A stretch of DNA of 64,000 nt from Bacteroidetes bacterium RIFCSPLOWO2_12_FULL_35_15 (GTDB taxonomy: Bacteria; Bacteroidota; Bacteroidia; 2-12-FULL-35-15), in assembly GCA_001769385.1 (NCBI GenBank), contig MEPB01000068.1, forward strand, positions 63,917-127,916. Reading direction: 5' to 3'. Shown piece by piece: positions 35,990-46,186 of the stretch. The notes beneath the pieces are model-generated. The model was given only the letters and a program-made list of their open reading frames with translations. It ran no database searches and had not been told where the DNA came from. The translations under genes were made by a program, and so were the position numbers. Positions within the stretch are counted from its first letter, which is position 1; each line of letters starts with the position of its first letter.

Positions 35990-36455
35990 CCGGATTTCTA
36001 CTCGTTTTTCATGCTTACTCAGCATTTATTACGAGTATTTATTCTTTCATAATCTTAGCGAAACGTACGTAACCGGTTTATTAAACCGACCTTGGATTTG
36101 ACAGTTTAACCATTTTTTAGGATGGGTGTATATCTGCTTCAATCAAATATGCAGGTTGTCCTTACATATTACAGTTGCCTGTCTTTGAGCGTTTCAACAA
36201 AACAACATCATCGCTGACGTTTATTCTATTTACTAAGCCTATACTATGTTCCGATTATTCCTAAACCCCAACAGCCATTACAAACTATTACTTTGGACAG
36301 CGGAATGCAAGCATTACCATCTATCTATCTGAAAAAGGATTTTCACCTTAAACAGCATCAACTTTCGTTGCCTTTGAGTCTGTCAGTTTTAAAAATCTTT
36401 TACAATTTATATTTTCTGACCTAACTTATGTTTAAGAACAATTTCTTTAATTATG
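35959..36455 (-). ncRNA. Candidate large (about 500 nt) structured non-coding RNA of unknown class
   Basis: Promoter TAATTTTG (36469-36462), boxA-like TGTTCTTAAACA, several helices with GNRA/T-loop-like caps, terminator at the 3' end, and no ORF of 60 aa or more on either strand. Confidence 0.55.
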
Positions 36456-36461
36456 ACGATA

Positions 36462-36526
36462 CAAAATTACAACGATTGTAAGGCGATTGGTATGAACTCC
36501 ATCACCATTGATGGTGATTAATCGCA
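36462..36526 (-). promoter_or_regulatory. Tandem TGAY-N4-RTCA-like boxes plus -7 element driving the candidate large ncRNA
   Basis: Boxes 36515-36526 and 36493-36504, 22 bp apart; TAATTTTG starts 35 bp from the proximal box. Confidence 0.6.
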
Positions 36527-36569
36527 TTAATAAAAAAAATCAGAATTGTTTTTTTATTAATTGTAAGAG

Positions 36570-36634
36570 TGATTAAAATCAAATTTCATTTTGATCCTCC
36601 TCATTCTGAAACCTAAGAAGCCTTTATACATTCG
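36570..36634 (+). promoter_or_regulatory. Tandem TGAY-N4-RTCA-like boxes plus -7-like element upstream of spt
   Basis: TGATTAAAATCA (36570), TGATCCTCCTCA (36592, +22), TACATTCG (36627, +35). Confidence 0.6.
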
Positions 36635-36642
36635 ACTTTTAA

Positions 36643-37890
<1,248 letters not shown>

Positions 37891-37945
37891 TTTTTTAGTA
37901 TGAAAGAATGGTTAGCAGATTACTCTATAGATTAAAAAAAAAGAT

Positions 37946-38452
37946 ATGACCACATTTATAGTAAGTACATTAATTAATCAACCGCTTGGTATTGTAACAA
38001 AAGCATTGGTGAATCCGGAGAATTTTTCTTATTGGACCACTGATTTGGTAAAGTTTGAAGTAATGAAAGGAACACCAGGGGAAGTTGGTGCAATTAATCA
38101 TTTGCATTATTTGCAAAAAGGACGTTCCTATGTTATGGAAGATAAACTAATTTATTGTGAGCCCGGAAAAAAATATGTATCACAAGTTTCAGGGGATGCG
38201 CTAACTGCTATTGTAGAGACAGTGCTTCATCCCTTGGGAAATAAAACTGAAATGAAAGTAACATGGTCTGGAAAAGGGAAACTGTTTTTTTTGAAATTTT
38301 TGCTTCCATTACTACGCGGAAAGCTTATAAAACAATCGAAAGCAGAATTAGGGTCTTTTAAAAAATTAGTAGAAACTAAAGGATATGATTTTAAAAACTA
38401 TGACCATGTTTCTAATAAAACAAGTTTAAAATTAGCTGACAAAATAAAATAA
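37946..38452 (+). CDS. SRPBCC/START-like ligand-binding protein
   Basis: About 160-aa pattern IN.P...V...L.NPEN...W...L...E...G.PG.VG, with a C-terminal long helix ending FKKLVE. Confidence 0.7.
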   Translation: MTTFIVSTLINQPLGIVTKALVNPENFSYWTTDLVKFEVMKGTPGEVGAINHLHYLQKGRSYVMEDKLIYCEPGKKYVSQVSGDALTAIVETVLHPLGNKTEMKVTWSGKGKLFFLKFLLPLLRGKLIKQSKAELGSFKKLVETKGYDFKNYDHVSNKTSLKLADKIK

Positions 38453-38457
38453 ATTTC

Positions 38458-39585
38458 ATGATCCAGGTAAAAGAGGTTAAAACAAAAAAACAATTATCGG
38501 ACTTTATTAAATTTCCTGATATTCTTTATTATAACAATAAATACAGGGTGCCACAATTACATTCGTATGAGAAATCTATCTTGAAACCTTCTAATAATCC
38601 TGCATTTGAATTTTGTGAGGCAAAATATTGGCTGGCTTATGATAACGATAATATTGTTGGCAGGATCGCTGGTATCATCAATAAAAAGGCCAATGAGGTC
38701 TGGAACGAAAAAATTGCACGGTTCGGCTGGATTGATTTTGTCAATAATAAAAATGTATCATATGCATTAATTAAAACAGTTGAAGATTGGGGCAAATTAA
38801 ATGGAATGACAAAAATTCAAGGTCCGATGGGATTCACTGATATGGATCTGGAGGGAATGTTGGTGGAAGGTTTTGAGGAAGTAGGGACCCAAGCTGTGAT
38901 CTACAACCATCCTTACTATCCTGATCATTTGGAATTAAATGGGTATTCGAAAGATGCGGATTGGGTACAATTTGAGATAAAAGTACCTGATAAAGTACCT
39001 GACAAAGTAAAACGTGTTTCAGAGATTGTACAAAAGAAATATAATTTAAGACCATTAAAAGCAAAAAAGGCAAAAGACTTAATCCCTTATGCAAAAAAAA
39101 TGTTTAACACGCTGAATACATCATTTAAAGACCTTTATGGTTTTGTGCCGCTGAATGAAAAACAAAAAGATTTTTATATTAAGCAATATTTCTCAATGGT
39201 CAACCCAAAATTTGCCAGCTTTGTACTCGATAAAAATGATGATGTAGTCGGCTTTGGGATTTCTTTTGCTTCCCTTTCCGAAGCAATGATAAAGGCAAAA
39301 GGGAAATTATTTCCAACTGGATTTTATCATATTTTAAAAGCAATGCGTAAAAACGATAAAGTGGATATGCTTTTACAAGGAGTGAAACCGGAGTACAAGA
39401 ACAAAGGAGTGCCCGCTATTTTTTTTTCTGAAATGATGCAGGCCTATATTGATAGTGGTGTAAAAACAGCGGTTTCAAGTCACGCATTAGAAAATAATCA
39501 AAGTGCATTTTTAATGTTTAATGATTATGAATCCCGACAACATTTAAGACGAAGAAGCTACGCCAAACAATTAGATGCAAAATGA
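38458..39585 (+). CDS. Putative bacterial ceramide synthase (GNAT-fold N-acyltransferase)
   Basis: VGRIAGIIN, FGWIDF, GPMGFTDMDLEGMLVEGF, YNHPYY and GVKPEY..KG motifs; lies between spt and an NAD-dependent reductase. Confidence 0.72.
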   Translation: MIQVKEVKTKKQLSDFIKFPDILYYNNKYRVPQLHSYEKSILKPSNNPAFEFCEAKYWLAYDNDNIVGRIAGIINKKANEVWNEKIARFGWIDFVNNKNVSYALIKTVEDWGKLNGMTKIQGPMGFTDMDLEGMLVEGFEEVGTQAVIYNHPYYPDHLELNGYSKDADWVQFEIKVPDKVPDKVKRVSEIVQKKYNLRPLKAKKAKDLIPYAKKMFNTLNTSFKDLYGFVPLNEKQKDFYIKQYFSMVNPKFASFVLDKNDDVVGFGISFASLSEAMIKAKGKLFPTGFYHILKAMRKNDKVDMLLQGVKPEYKNKGVPAIFFSEMMQAYIDSGVKTAVSSHALENNQSAFLMFNDYESRQHLRRRSYAKQLDAK

Positions 39586-40577
39586 AAAAAGTACTTATAA
39601 CAGGAGCAAGTGGATTCATAGGAAGTTTTTTGGTAGAAGAAGCTTTAAAAAGAAATTATGAGGTTTATGCAAGTATCAGAAAAACAAGCAACACCGAATA
39701 TCTTACTGATCCACGAATAAAATTTATTGAACTTGATTTTTCTGATAAGGATTCATTAAGTAAAAAAATATTCGGATTGCCTTATTTTGATTATGTAATT
39801 CATAGTGCAGGACTTACAAAAGCTGTGCAAAAAAGCGACTACTTTTTAACTAATTTTCAGTACACAAAAAACATCATTAAGGTGTTGATAAGTCAAAAAC
39901 GGATTCCCCAAAAATTTATTTATATGAGTAGCCTTGCCGCCTATGGCCCTGGGGACCCGATTTTACTTCAAGAAATTAAATCATCCGACACACCAAATCC
40001 GGTTACTTCTTATGGAAAAAGTAAACTTGAATCCGAAAAATATTTATCTACATTGATTGATTTTCCATATGTGATCATAAGACCAACGGCTGTATATGGC
40101 CCAAGAGAAAAAGATCTGTACACCGTTTTTAAACTTATCAATAAAAATCTTGAACTATTTGTAGGTTCAAAAAAACAACATCTTTCATTTGTGTATGTAA
40201 AAGATCTTGTAAAAGTGGTGTTTCAGACAATGGAATCGAATATTGTAAATAAAGGATATTTTGTTTCGGATGGAAATGTGTATGATGGTGAGATACTGGG
40301 AAATATTATAAAGGAGCAGCTCAATAAAAAAACTATCCGGATAAAAGTTCCTGTTGAAATGGCCAGATGGATAGCAATGATCACAGAGGGAACAAAATAT
40401 ATAACCGGGAAACAACCCGTATTAAATCTTGAAAAGATAAAAGAGCTGGAATCTATAAATTGGAAATGCGATGTACAGCCACTTTTCGATGATTTTAATT
40501 TTAAACCGGAATATAATTTAAGCCAAGGCATAACTGAAACAATTCAGTGGTACAGGCAAGCAAACTGGTTAAAATAA
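39582..40577 (+). CDS. NAD(P)-dependent epimerase/dehydratase, putative ceramide reductase
   Basis: TGASGFIG, SSLAAYGP, YGKSK and RPTAVYGP motifs; ATGA overlap with the preceding gene. Confidence 0.72.
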   Translation: MKKVLITGASGFIGSFLVEEALKRNYEVYASIRKTSNTEYLTDPRIKFIELDFSDKDSLSKKIFGLPYFDYVIHSAGLTKAVQKSDYFLTNFQYTKNIIKVLISQKRIPQKFIYMSSLAAYGPGDPILLQEIKSSDTPNPVTSYGKSKLESEKYLSTLIDFPYVIIRPTAVYGPREKDLYTVFKLINKNLELFVGSKKQHLSFVYVKDLVKVVFQTMESNIVNKGYFVSDGNVYDGEILGNIIKEQLNKKTIRIKVPVEMARWIAMITEGTKYITGKQPVLNLEKIKELESINWKCDVQPLFDDFNFKPEYNLSQGITETIQWYRQANWLK

Positions 40578-40660
40578 ATTTGCAATTATTTTTTTATGAA
40601 TTCAATCAATTATTTTAATATCTAAACTCATTAACCAAAGGAATCTAAATTGAATTCATT

Positions 40661-41143
40661 ATGAACACACCAGAAAATTTTGAAACAGGTTGTTGTCCAC
40701 GGTTAAATGTTGATGCCTGGCAGGAAAAAGAAATTCATTTTGAAAATAAATTATTTCTTAAAGATCATGTAACCAGTATTTTTCATATTCCCTTGAATTT
40801 CGGAAAGGTCATGGAAAGAGACATGGCCATGATTGAGAAAGCACATGCTCAATCAAAGGAGCAGATTGTTCTTACAGATGAAAAATCTCCTTGGGGAGCG
40901 GATGTCTATATTGCGGTTGAAAAGGAAGTTCCAAAGGCAGAAATGAAAAAAATATCAGGTACTTTTTTAACCAAAGTATTTGAAGGACCTTATACTAAAA
41001 TGGGTAAATATGTGGAGGAGATGGAGAGTTATGTGAAATCCAAAAATAAAGAAATAAAAAAACTGTATTTCTACTATGCCTATTGTCCAAGCTGTGCAAA
41101 AGCGTATGGAAAAAATTATATCGTTATTCTTGCTAAAGTATAG
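40661..41143 (+). CDS. Conserved hypothetical protein (GyrI-like fold suspected) with CCP and CxxC motifs
   Basis: TGCCPR N-terminus, FLTKVFEGPY and YCPSCAKAYGKNY C-terminus. Confidence 0.65.
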   Translation: MNTPENFETGCCPRLNVDAWQEKEIHFENKLFLKDHVTSIFHIPLNFGKVMERDMAMIEKAHAQSKEQIVLTDEKSPWGADVYIAVEKEVPKAEMKKISGTFLTKVFEGPYTKMGKYVEEMESYVKSKNKEIKKLYFYYAYCPSCAKAYGKNYIVILAKV

Positions 41144-41183
41144 TTCTTACAAGTTAGAGCAACTGAAGAATAAAGTAAAATAT

Positions 41184-42596
41184 CTAAAATATTTTACTTA
41201 ATTCTTCAATCTCAGTTGTTTTTTCAATGATCTCTTTAATAACGCTATCACACATCAATGAAGTTTTTTTGAGGTGATAAAATATTTCAATATTTTTTGG
41301 GTCTTCCGGGTTTTCAAAATTAATAAGCTCTATTAAACCTAGTATGGAAGCTATCGGTGCCCTTACATGATGTGAATGTAAAAATGCAATGTCGGAAAGC
41401 TTTTTAAAATGTTTTCTTTGTTGATTCTCAGCGTTTTTTCGTTCTGATATATCACGTATTATTCCGCAATAAAATTTTTCATTCCCGTTTTTCCAATGAC
41501 TTAAAGATAGTTCTATTGGAAATTCTTTACCATTTTTTTTGAGTCCGAAAAGTTCCATTGTATTGTCTTTATCTGTATCCTGATTTGTTAAAACATGATT
41601 TTTAAAGCCCTCCTGATGAGCCTGTCTAAACTTTTCCGGCATAAGGATAGTAAGTGGTTTCCCATAAACCTCATTTTCTGTGTACCCGAATATTTTTTCT
41701 GCACAATGGTTCCAAAAAATAATTTCTCCTTTTTCATTTGCCAGAACAATTGAATCTTTAGCGGATTTTACAACCGATTTAAATTTATTTTCCGTTTCAA
41801 TTATTTCTTGTTGCGATTGTTTTCGTTCGGTGATATCCTGAATTGTACCCACCATTTTTATTGGATTGTCATTATTGTCGAATTCCAATTCGCCTATACC
41901 ATGCACCCAAAGTTCTTCCTGTGTTTTTTGATTTATAATTTTATACTCCTTATCAAAGCGTTGTTTTTTGCCAATAACCTCTAATTCCAAATATTCAAGT
42001 AGCATTTTTTTATGTTCCGGATGAATAATGGATTGCCAACATTCAACGGTATAACTCTCTGGTGCCGTAAGTCCAAAAATTCTTTTCAATTCATCAGAAC
42101 CTTTCCAGGTTCCTGATTTTAGATCTGTAATATAACTTCCTATTTTTGAAACGCGTTGTGATTCGTTAAGAAAATGTTGGCTTTTTTGTAATTCACGTTC
42201 CACCTGTTTGCGTTCACTGATGTTCTGAGCTGAAACATAAATGATGTCAACATCTTTATGATCTCCATGAGAAACATTCACGAACATATCAATTATTTTT
42301 CCCTCTTTACTTTTCCATTCCCGCTCCCCGGTATTTCGTTGTTTGGTTTGGATCACCAGATCAATAAATGAATCAATTGATTCTTTGGAGTGATTTATAA
42401 AATCATAAAGGGTAAGGTTTTCTCCTTCTTCCGGTAGATAACCAAGTAGCTTGTAAAATGAAGGGTTTGCAAAAATAATTTTTTTTGTTTTTGCATCTAA
42501 GCAATAGATACATAAATGCGAGTCATTTACAAATTTTTCTATGCTTTGTTCATTAAGATTATATATTTTATTTTTCATGCGAAAAAATTTATTCAA
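41184..42596 (-). CDS. PAS x3 protein with HisKA-like dimerisation helix but no ATPase domain
   Basis: PAS motifs (IHPEH, DITERK, FPIELSLS, DISERK); SHHVRAPIASILGL; ends about 50 aa later. Confidence 0.82.
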   Translation of the reverse strand: MNKFFRMKNKIYNLNEQSIEKFVNDSHLCIYCLDAKTKKIIFANPSFYKLLGYLPEEGENLTLYDFINHSKESIDSFIDLVIQTKQRNTGEREWKSKEGKIIDMFVNVSHGDHKDVDIIYVSAQNISERKQVERELQKSQHFLNESQRVSKIGSYITDLKSGTWKGSDELKRIFGLTAPESYTVECWQSIIHPEHKKMLLEYLELEVIGKKQRFDKEYKIINQKTQEELWVHGIGELEFDNNDNPIKMVGTIQDITERKQSQQEIIETENKFKSVVKSAKDSIVLANEKGEIIFWNHCAEKIFGYTENEVYGKPLTILMPEKFRQAHQEGFKNHVLTNQDTDKDNTMELFGLKKNGKEFPIELSLSHWKNGNEKFYCGIIRDISERKNAENQQRKHFKKLSDIAFLHSHHVRAPIASILGLIELINFENPEDPKNIEIFYHLKKTSLMCDSVIKEIIEKTTEIEELSKIF

Positions 42597-42604
42597 AGCT
42601 ATTG

Positions 42605-42994
42605 TTACAATTGTTTTTCTGTAAGTTCTTTTCGAGCTTTTAAATCATTCTGAATTATTATTTCAATTAATTGATTTCGATTTTCCATGCTGCTTAATAA
42701 ACAGCTCCACGAAGGGTAATTGTCTTTTTTGTGCTTGTTATTCTCCCATTGCAAAGGTTGCAAATTAGTAAGATCATCTGTTCCACCCAGGGATTTAGGT
42801 TTAATATGATCTATTTCCCAGGCCATTGATAATGAACCTTTCGTTACTCCATATAAATCTTTTTTTATCAGTGCTCCACACTTATCTTTTCTGATCATTT
42901 GTGGATCAAAGTCAGAAACTATTTTACCTTTCTCCCAAGCTTTCTCAATTAGCTCAGGAGTAAATATTTTTTTATCTATTTGTCTATTTGTCAA
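42605..42994 (-). CDS. HNH endonuclease family protein
   Basis: WEIDHIKPKSLGGTDDLTNLQPLQWENN motif. Confidence 0.88.
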   Translation of the reverse strand: MTNRQIDKKIFTPELIEKAWEKGKIVSDFDPQMIRKDKCGALIKKDLYGVTKGSLSMAWEIDHIKPKSLGGTDDLTNLQPLQWENNKHKKDNYPSWSCLLSSMENRNQLIEIIIQNDLKARKELTEKQL

Positions 42995-43175
42995 TGTTCT
43001 GTTTTTTTCGGTTTAAGTAAAGATAGGTGTCAACCAGTTTTGCAGCGTTCCCTATTGTTAATACAGCTTGTGTCAGGTCCTCTTCGGTGCAGCAAAGCAA
43101 TTCACTCCAACATTTTAATTCCTGTTTATTTAAAATGTCAATACGCCCATTATTGATATTTAATTGTTCCTGCAT
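42984..43175 (-). CDS. DUF3606-like small protein
   Basis: RID.....EL..W...L....E.L..AV..IG.....V..YL pattern. Confidence 0.6.
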   Translation of the reverse strand: MQEQLNINNGRIDILNKQELKCWSELLCCTEEDLTQAVLTIGNAAKLVDTYLYLNRKKQNIDK

Positions 43176-43226
43176 CTGTTCCGGATTTTATGGTATAAAA
43201 TTATTTCATTAAAACTTAGTGGTCAA

Positions 43227-43290
43227 GAGTAAAATTACCCTTTTTGTTTAGGGGGTAATTTTACCCCTTTATGGGGGTAAAATTACCCCC
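43227..43290. promoter_or_regulatory. Three palindromic GGGTAA(A/T)(A/T)TTACCC sites in a divergent intergenic region
   Basis: GAGTAAAATTACCC (43227), GGGGGTAATTTTACCCC (43251), GGGGGTAAAATTACCCCC (43273). Confidence 0.6.
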
Positions 43291-43426
43291 TTAAAATTTT
43301 TATAAATTTTATTACATATTGTAAATCAGCGCATTAATATTTTTTGATGTTTTAAAATACAGTCCGCTATTTTCTTCTTTAGTATATTTGAAAAAAATTA
43401 TTGTTAAACAATTAAATATAAAAATT

Positions 43427-43738
43427 ATGAGTTTTACAGGAGAAGAAAATCACGAGATTTCATTAGAACAAGCTTCTACATGGACAAAAGATTACAGGGA
43501 TCTAGACCCTAGAGCCACTAAAGGACACTTTTTTGGAAAAAATGCAATCCAGAGCATTTTAGATCAAACAGATTGTGTTGGAATCAGAATTTATTACGGT
43601 TTGGATGGTGATGGAGCAAAACAATTGATTATAGCCGGTGCAACAGCAAATGAAGATGATCTTTACGAAGGATTGCTGGCGGAAAGAAGTATGCCAACTC
43701 CTCCATTTGGAGGAGCAAATAATCCTTTGAACAGCTAG
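43427..43738 (+). CDS. Conserved small hypothetical protein heading a two-component cassette
   Basis: ATG at 43427 preferred to TTG 43388, which overlaps the TATATTTG -7 element at 43383; motifs ISL..A..WT..YR, GIRIYYG, LIIAG. Confidence 0.75.
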   Translation: MSFTGEENHEISLEQASTWTKDYRDLDPRATKGHFFGKNAIQSILDQTDCVGIRIYYGLDGDGAKQLIIAGATANEDDLYEGLLAERSMPTPPFGGANNPLNS

Positions 43739-43761
43739 GCCAAAGAAAAAATCTTAATTTT

Positions 43762-43788
43762 AAGACGGCTATTGCCGTCTTTTTTTTT
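43762..43788 (+). terminator. Intrinsic terminator/attenuator after the small gene
   Basis: AAGACGGC-TATT-GCCGTC followed by T9. Confidence 0.75.
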
Positions 43789-43792
43789 ACAA

Positions 43793-44440
43793 ATGGATAC
43801 TAAATTTTTAGATTGTTTCGGTTACATCTCAATTGCATTCTCAATAATTCCGTTATTGGTTGGATTTATTTGTATTAAAACAATTAAGAGCTATTTAGTT
43901 CCATTGTTTTTAATTGTCTTTATTTCTGCATGTGTTGAAATAATTAGTCGAATTATCGCAAATATTTATGAGAACAATTTTCCAATACTTCACATTTATA
44001 CGGGCATAGAATTTTCGTTGATCTTTGTTTTTTATATGCTTTTTTATAAACAATATTATAAATTTAAAATTTTATATTTAATTCTTCCGGTGTTTTATGT
44101 GGTTACATACATCGATTATAAAGTAAACGGACTAAATGAAATGGATAGCTTTTCGGTTACAGTTGAGTCCGCCTTTTTTATTATAACCTCCTTACTTTCT
44201 TTCTTCTTTATTATTCGGCATTTGATCTTTGAGAATATTTTAAATATGCCTTTTTTTTGGATAAATTCAGGGATCCTGATTTATTTTTCAGGTAATATTT
44301 TATTATTTATTTTTAGTAATTCCTTTATCAAATCAGAAATAAAAACATTTTTAATATTATGGGCTATTATTCATTCTCTTTTAAATATTATTTATAATAG
44401 TTTAATTTGTATTGGTTTCTCGAAATCCCGCATAAAATGA
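43793..44440 (+). CDS. Multi-pass (about 7 TM) membrane protein, probable sensor partner
   Basis: ATG at 43793 within ORF 43772..44440; hydrophobic helices, N..ILHIYT..EF and PFFWINSGILIYFSG motifs. Confidence 0.75.
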   Translation: MDTKFLDCFGYISIAFSIIPLLVGFICIKTIKSYLVPLFLIVFISACVEIISRIIANIYENNFPILHIYTGIEFSLIFVFYMLFYKQYYKFKILYLILPVFYVVTYIDYKVNGLNEMDSFSVTVESAFFIITSLLSFFFIIRHLIFENILNMPFFWINSGILIYFSGNILLFIFSNSFIKSEIKTFLILWAIIHSLLNIIYNSLICIGFSKSRIK

Positions 44441-45237
44441 GTACAACGATATTATTAATTATAGGAACATTCGCAATTTTATTTTTAACCTTTTTTGTCA
44501 TTTTTTTTGTTCTTATTCACCAAAAAAGAATGTTTGAAAACAGGGCCTTGATAATAAATAAAGAAAATATACATCAGAAAAAATTAATAGATGCATCCAT
44601 TGAAGTAGCGGAATTAGAGCGGGAAAAAATTGCCAAGGATATTCACGATGATGTAGGTTCTGTTTTGAATGTAATTAATTTACATTTAAACAGAATATCA
44701 CGTAGCGTGGATGATAAAGTATTAATGAAAGAGTTGATTCATGAAAGCAAGGACTTGCTGGAATCGTCAATCGAAACTATTCGAGGAATATCAAGAGATC
44801 TGATGCCGCCAATTTTAATTCGTTTGGGATACGAGAAAGGGATAGCTGAATTGTGCCGCCAGATAAAATTTTCAAATGCAATTGAAACAACCTTCATAAC
44901 ATCCGCACAGGAATTTGCTATCTCCAAAAGAGTTGAATTGCAATTGTACAGAATAGTACAGGAAGTCGTAAATAATATTATCAAACACGCTAAAGCATCT
45001 GAGATAAAGATAACATTGCAAAGCAGTCCTTCCGTTTTTACAACAGAAATATTTCATGATGGAAAAGGTATCAGTTCAGAAATGATCAACCAATTATCAG
45101 AAGGAAAGGGTGGAGTGGGACTAAGAAGCATTCAGAGCCGAGCGCAAATGATAAGTGCTACTGTTCAATATGTTACCATTAGTGAAAAGAGATCTTTAAT
45201 TATTATAGAAGTTCCAACGTATGAAATTACCAATTAA
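44437..45237 (+). CDS. Single-TM histidine kinase (HisKA_3 type)
   Basis: ATGA overlap with the upstream stop; EREKIAKDIHDDVG, YRIVQEVVNNIIKHA, DGKG and GVGL motifs. Confidence 0.9.
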   Translation: MSTTILLIIGTFAILFLTFFVIFFVLIHQKRMFENRALIINKENIHQKKLIDASIEVAELEREKIAKDIHDDVGSVLNVINLHLNRISRSVDDKVLMKELIHESKDLLESSIETIRGISRDLMPPILIRLGYEKGIAELCRQIKFSNAIETTFITSAQEFAISKRVELQLYRIVQEVVNNIIKHAKASEIKITLQSSPSVFTTEIFHDGKGISSEMINQLSEGKGGVGLRSIQSRAQMISATVQYVTISEKRSLIIIEVPTYEITN

Positions 45238-45871
45238 ACTAGCAGTGGTGGATGATCACGACCTTTTTAGAAAAGGACTGATTGCTTTACTAAAAGATTT
45301 TCCGGAATTAGAAGTTGTGATGGAAGCTTCGAACGGTGAAGAGCTACTCGAGCAGCTAAAAAAGAAACGGGTAGATGTGATTCTAATGGATATACAAATG
45401 CCAAAAATGGATGGTATTGAAGCTACTGAGCGATTGCAAAATAAATATGCAAACACTAAAATAATAATATTAACGATGCATAATGAGGAAGGCTTCATAC
45501 ATCACCTCATAAGTAAAGGGGCGCATGGTTTTCTTTTAAAGAATCAAGATATAGAAATAGTTGTTGATGCCATTTATGGAGTGCTGGAAAATGGATATTT
45601 TTTTAACGATCGGGTTTCAAGAGCAATGGTAAAAGGACTTGTTGAGAGTAATAAAATTCGTCCTGAATTTAATGAAGTAAGTTTAACAGAGCGGGAAATT
45701 GAAATTATTCGTTTGATCAGTAAAGAACTTACGAATAGGGAGATCGCAGAAAAGCTTATGCTAAGCGTCAGAACTGTTGACGGATATAAGGAAAAAATAT
45801 TCGAAAAAACAAAAACAAAAAACTCTATTGGAATTGTAATGTATGCAGTTAGGCACAATTTGCTGGGATAA
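45221..45871 (+). CDS. NarL/LuxR family response regulator
   Basis: VVDDH, LMDIQMP.MDG, ILTMH, FLLK and the HTH LTEREIEII...TNREIAEKL..S.RTV. Confidence 0.93.
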   Translation: MKLPIKLAVVDDHDLFRKGLIALLKDFPELEVVMEASNGEELLEQLKKKRVDVILMDIQMPKMDGIEATERLQNKYANTKIIILTMHNEEGFIHHLISKGAHGFLLKNQDIEIVVDAIYGVLENGYFFNDRVSRAMVKGLVESNKIRPEFNEVSLTEREIEIIRLISKELTNREIAEKLMLSVRTVDGYKEKIFEKTKTKNSIGIVMYAVRHNLLG

Positions 45872-45996
45872 AATAAGTTCCTTACAAATTGTTTAAATTT
45901 ATTTACAACCTGTCTTTTCGCATCAACCATTCTGTCTTTGATGGGGTACCGATTTCCACATATACTTCTCATTCAACTATTCAGCTATTCAAATAT

Positions 45997-46061
45997 TGAT
46001 ATAGGTCATTATTCTATTTGATGATTGTCATTTTAGACTGCTCCTTTTCATTACAATTTTG
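45997..46061 (+). promoter_or_regulatory. Tandem TGAY-N4-RTCA boxes plus -7-like element upstream of the metal-efflux operon
   Basis: TGATATAGGTCA (45997), TGATGATTGTCA (46019, +22), CAATTTTG (46054, +35). Confidence 0.65.
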
Positions 46062-46100
46062 TTTTCTAATATCAATTGAAATATAAAATTGTCCAATCAT

Positions 46101-46135
46101 CCTCTCCTTTTTTCAAGGAGAGGGTTTGGCTGAGG
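46101..46135 (+). repeat. Family B hairpin repeat
   Basis: CCTCTCCTT-TTTTC-AAGGAGAGG GTTTGGCTGAGG. Confidence 0.65.
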
Positions 46136-46186
46136 TTTTAAAAATGGACTATTTGATATTTCAATCGATTTCTAAATGAAAAAAGC

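Noticed and set aside
35959-36455. tmRNA, RNase P RNA, tRNA, rRNA or intact group II intron
   Set aside because: No tRNA-like GGGG...CCACCA ends, no GAGGAAAGTCC RNase P motif, no cloverleaf, and no recognisable domain V or GTGCG 5' end; kept only as an unclassified ncRNA candidate.
43388-44436. ORF-track starts at 43388, 43772 and 44407
   Set aside because: These non-ATG starts overlap a promoter, a terminator or the upstream gene; in-frame ATGs at 43427, 43793 and 44437 fit better.
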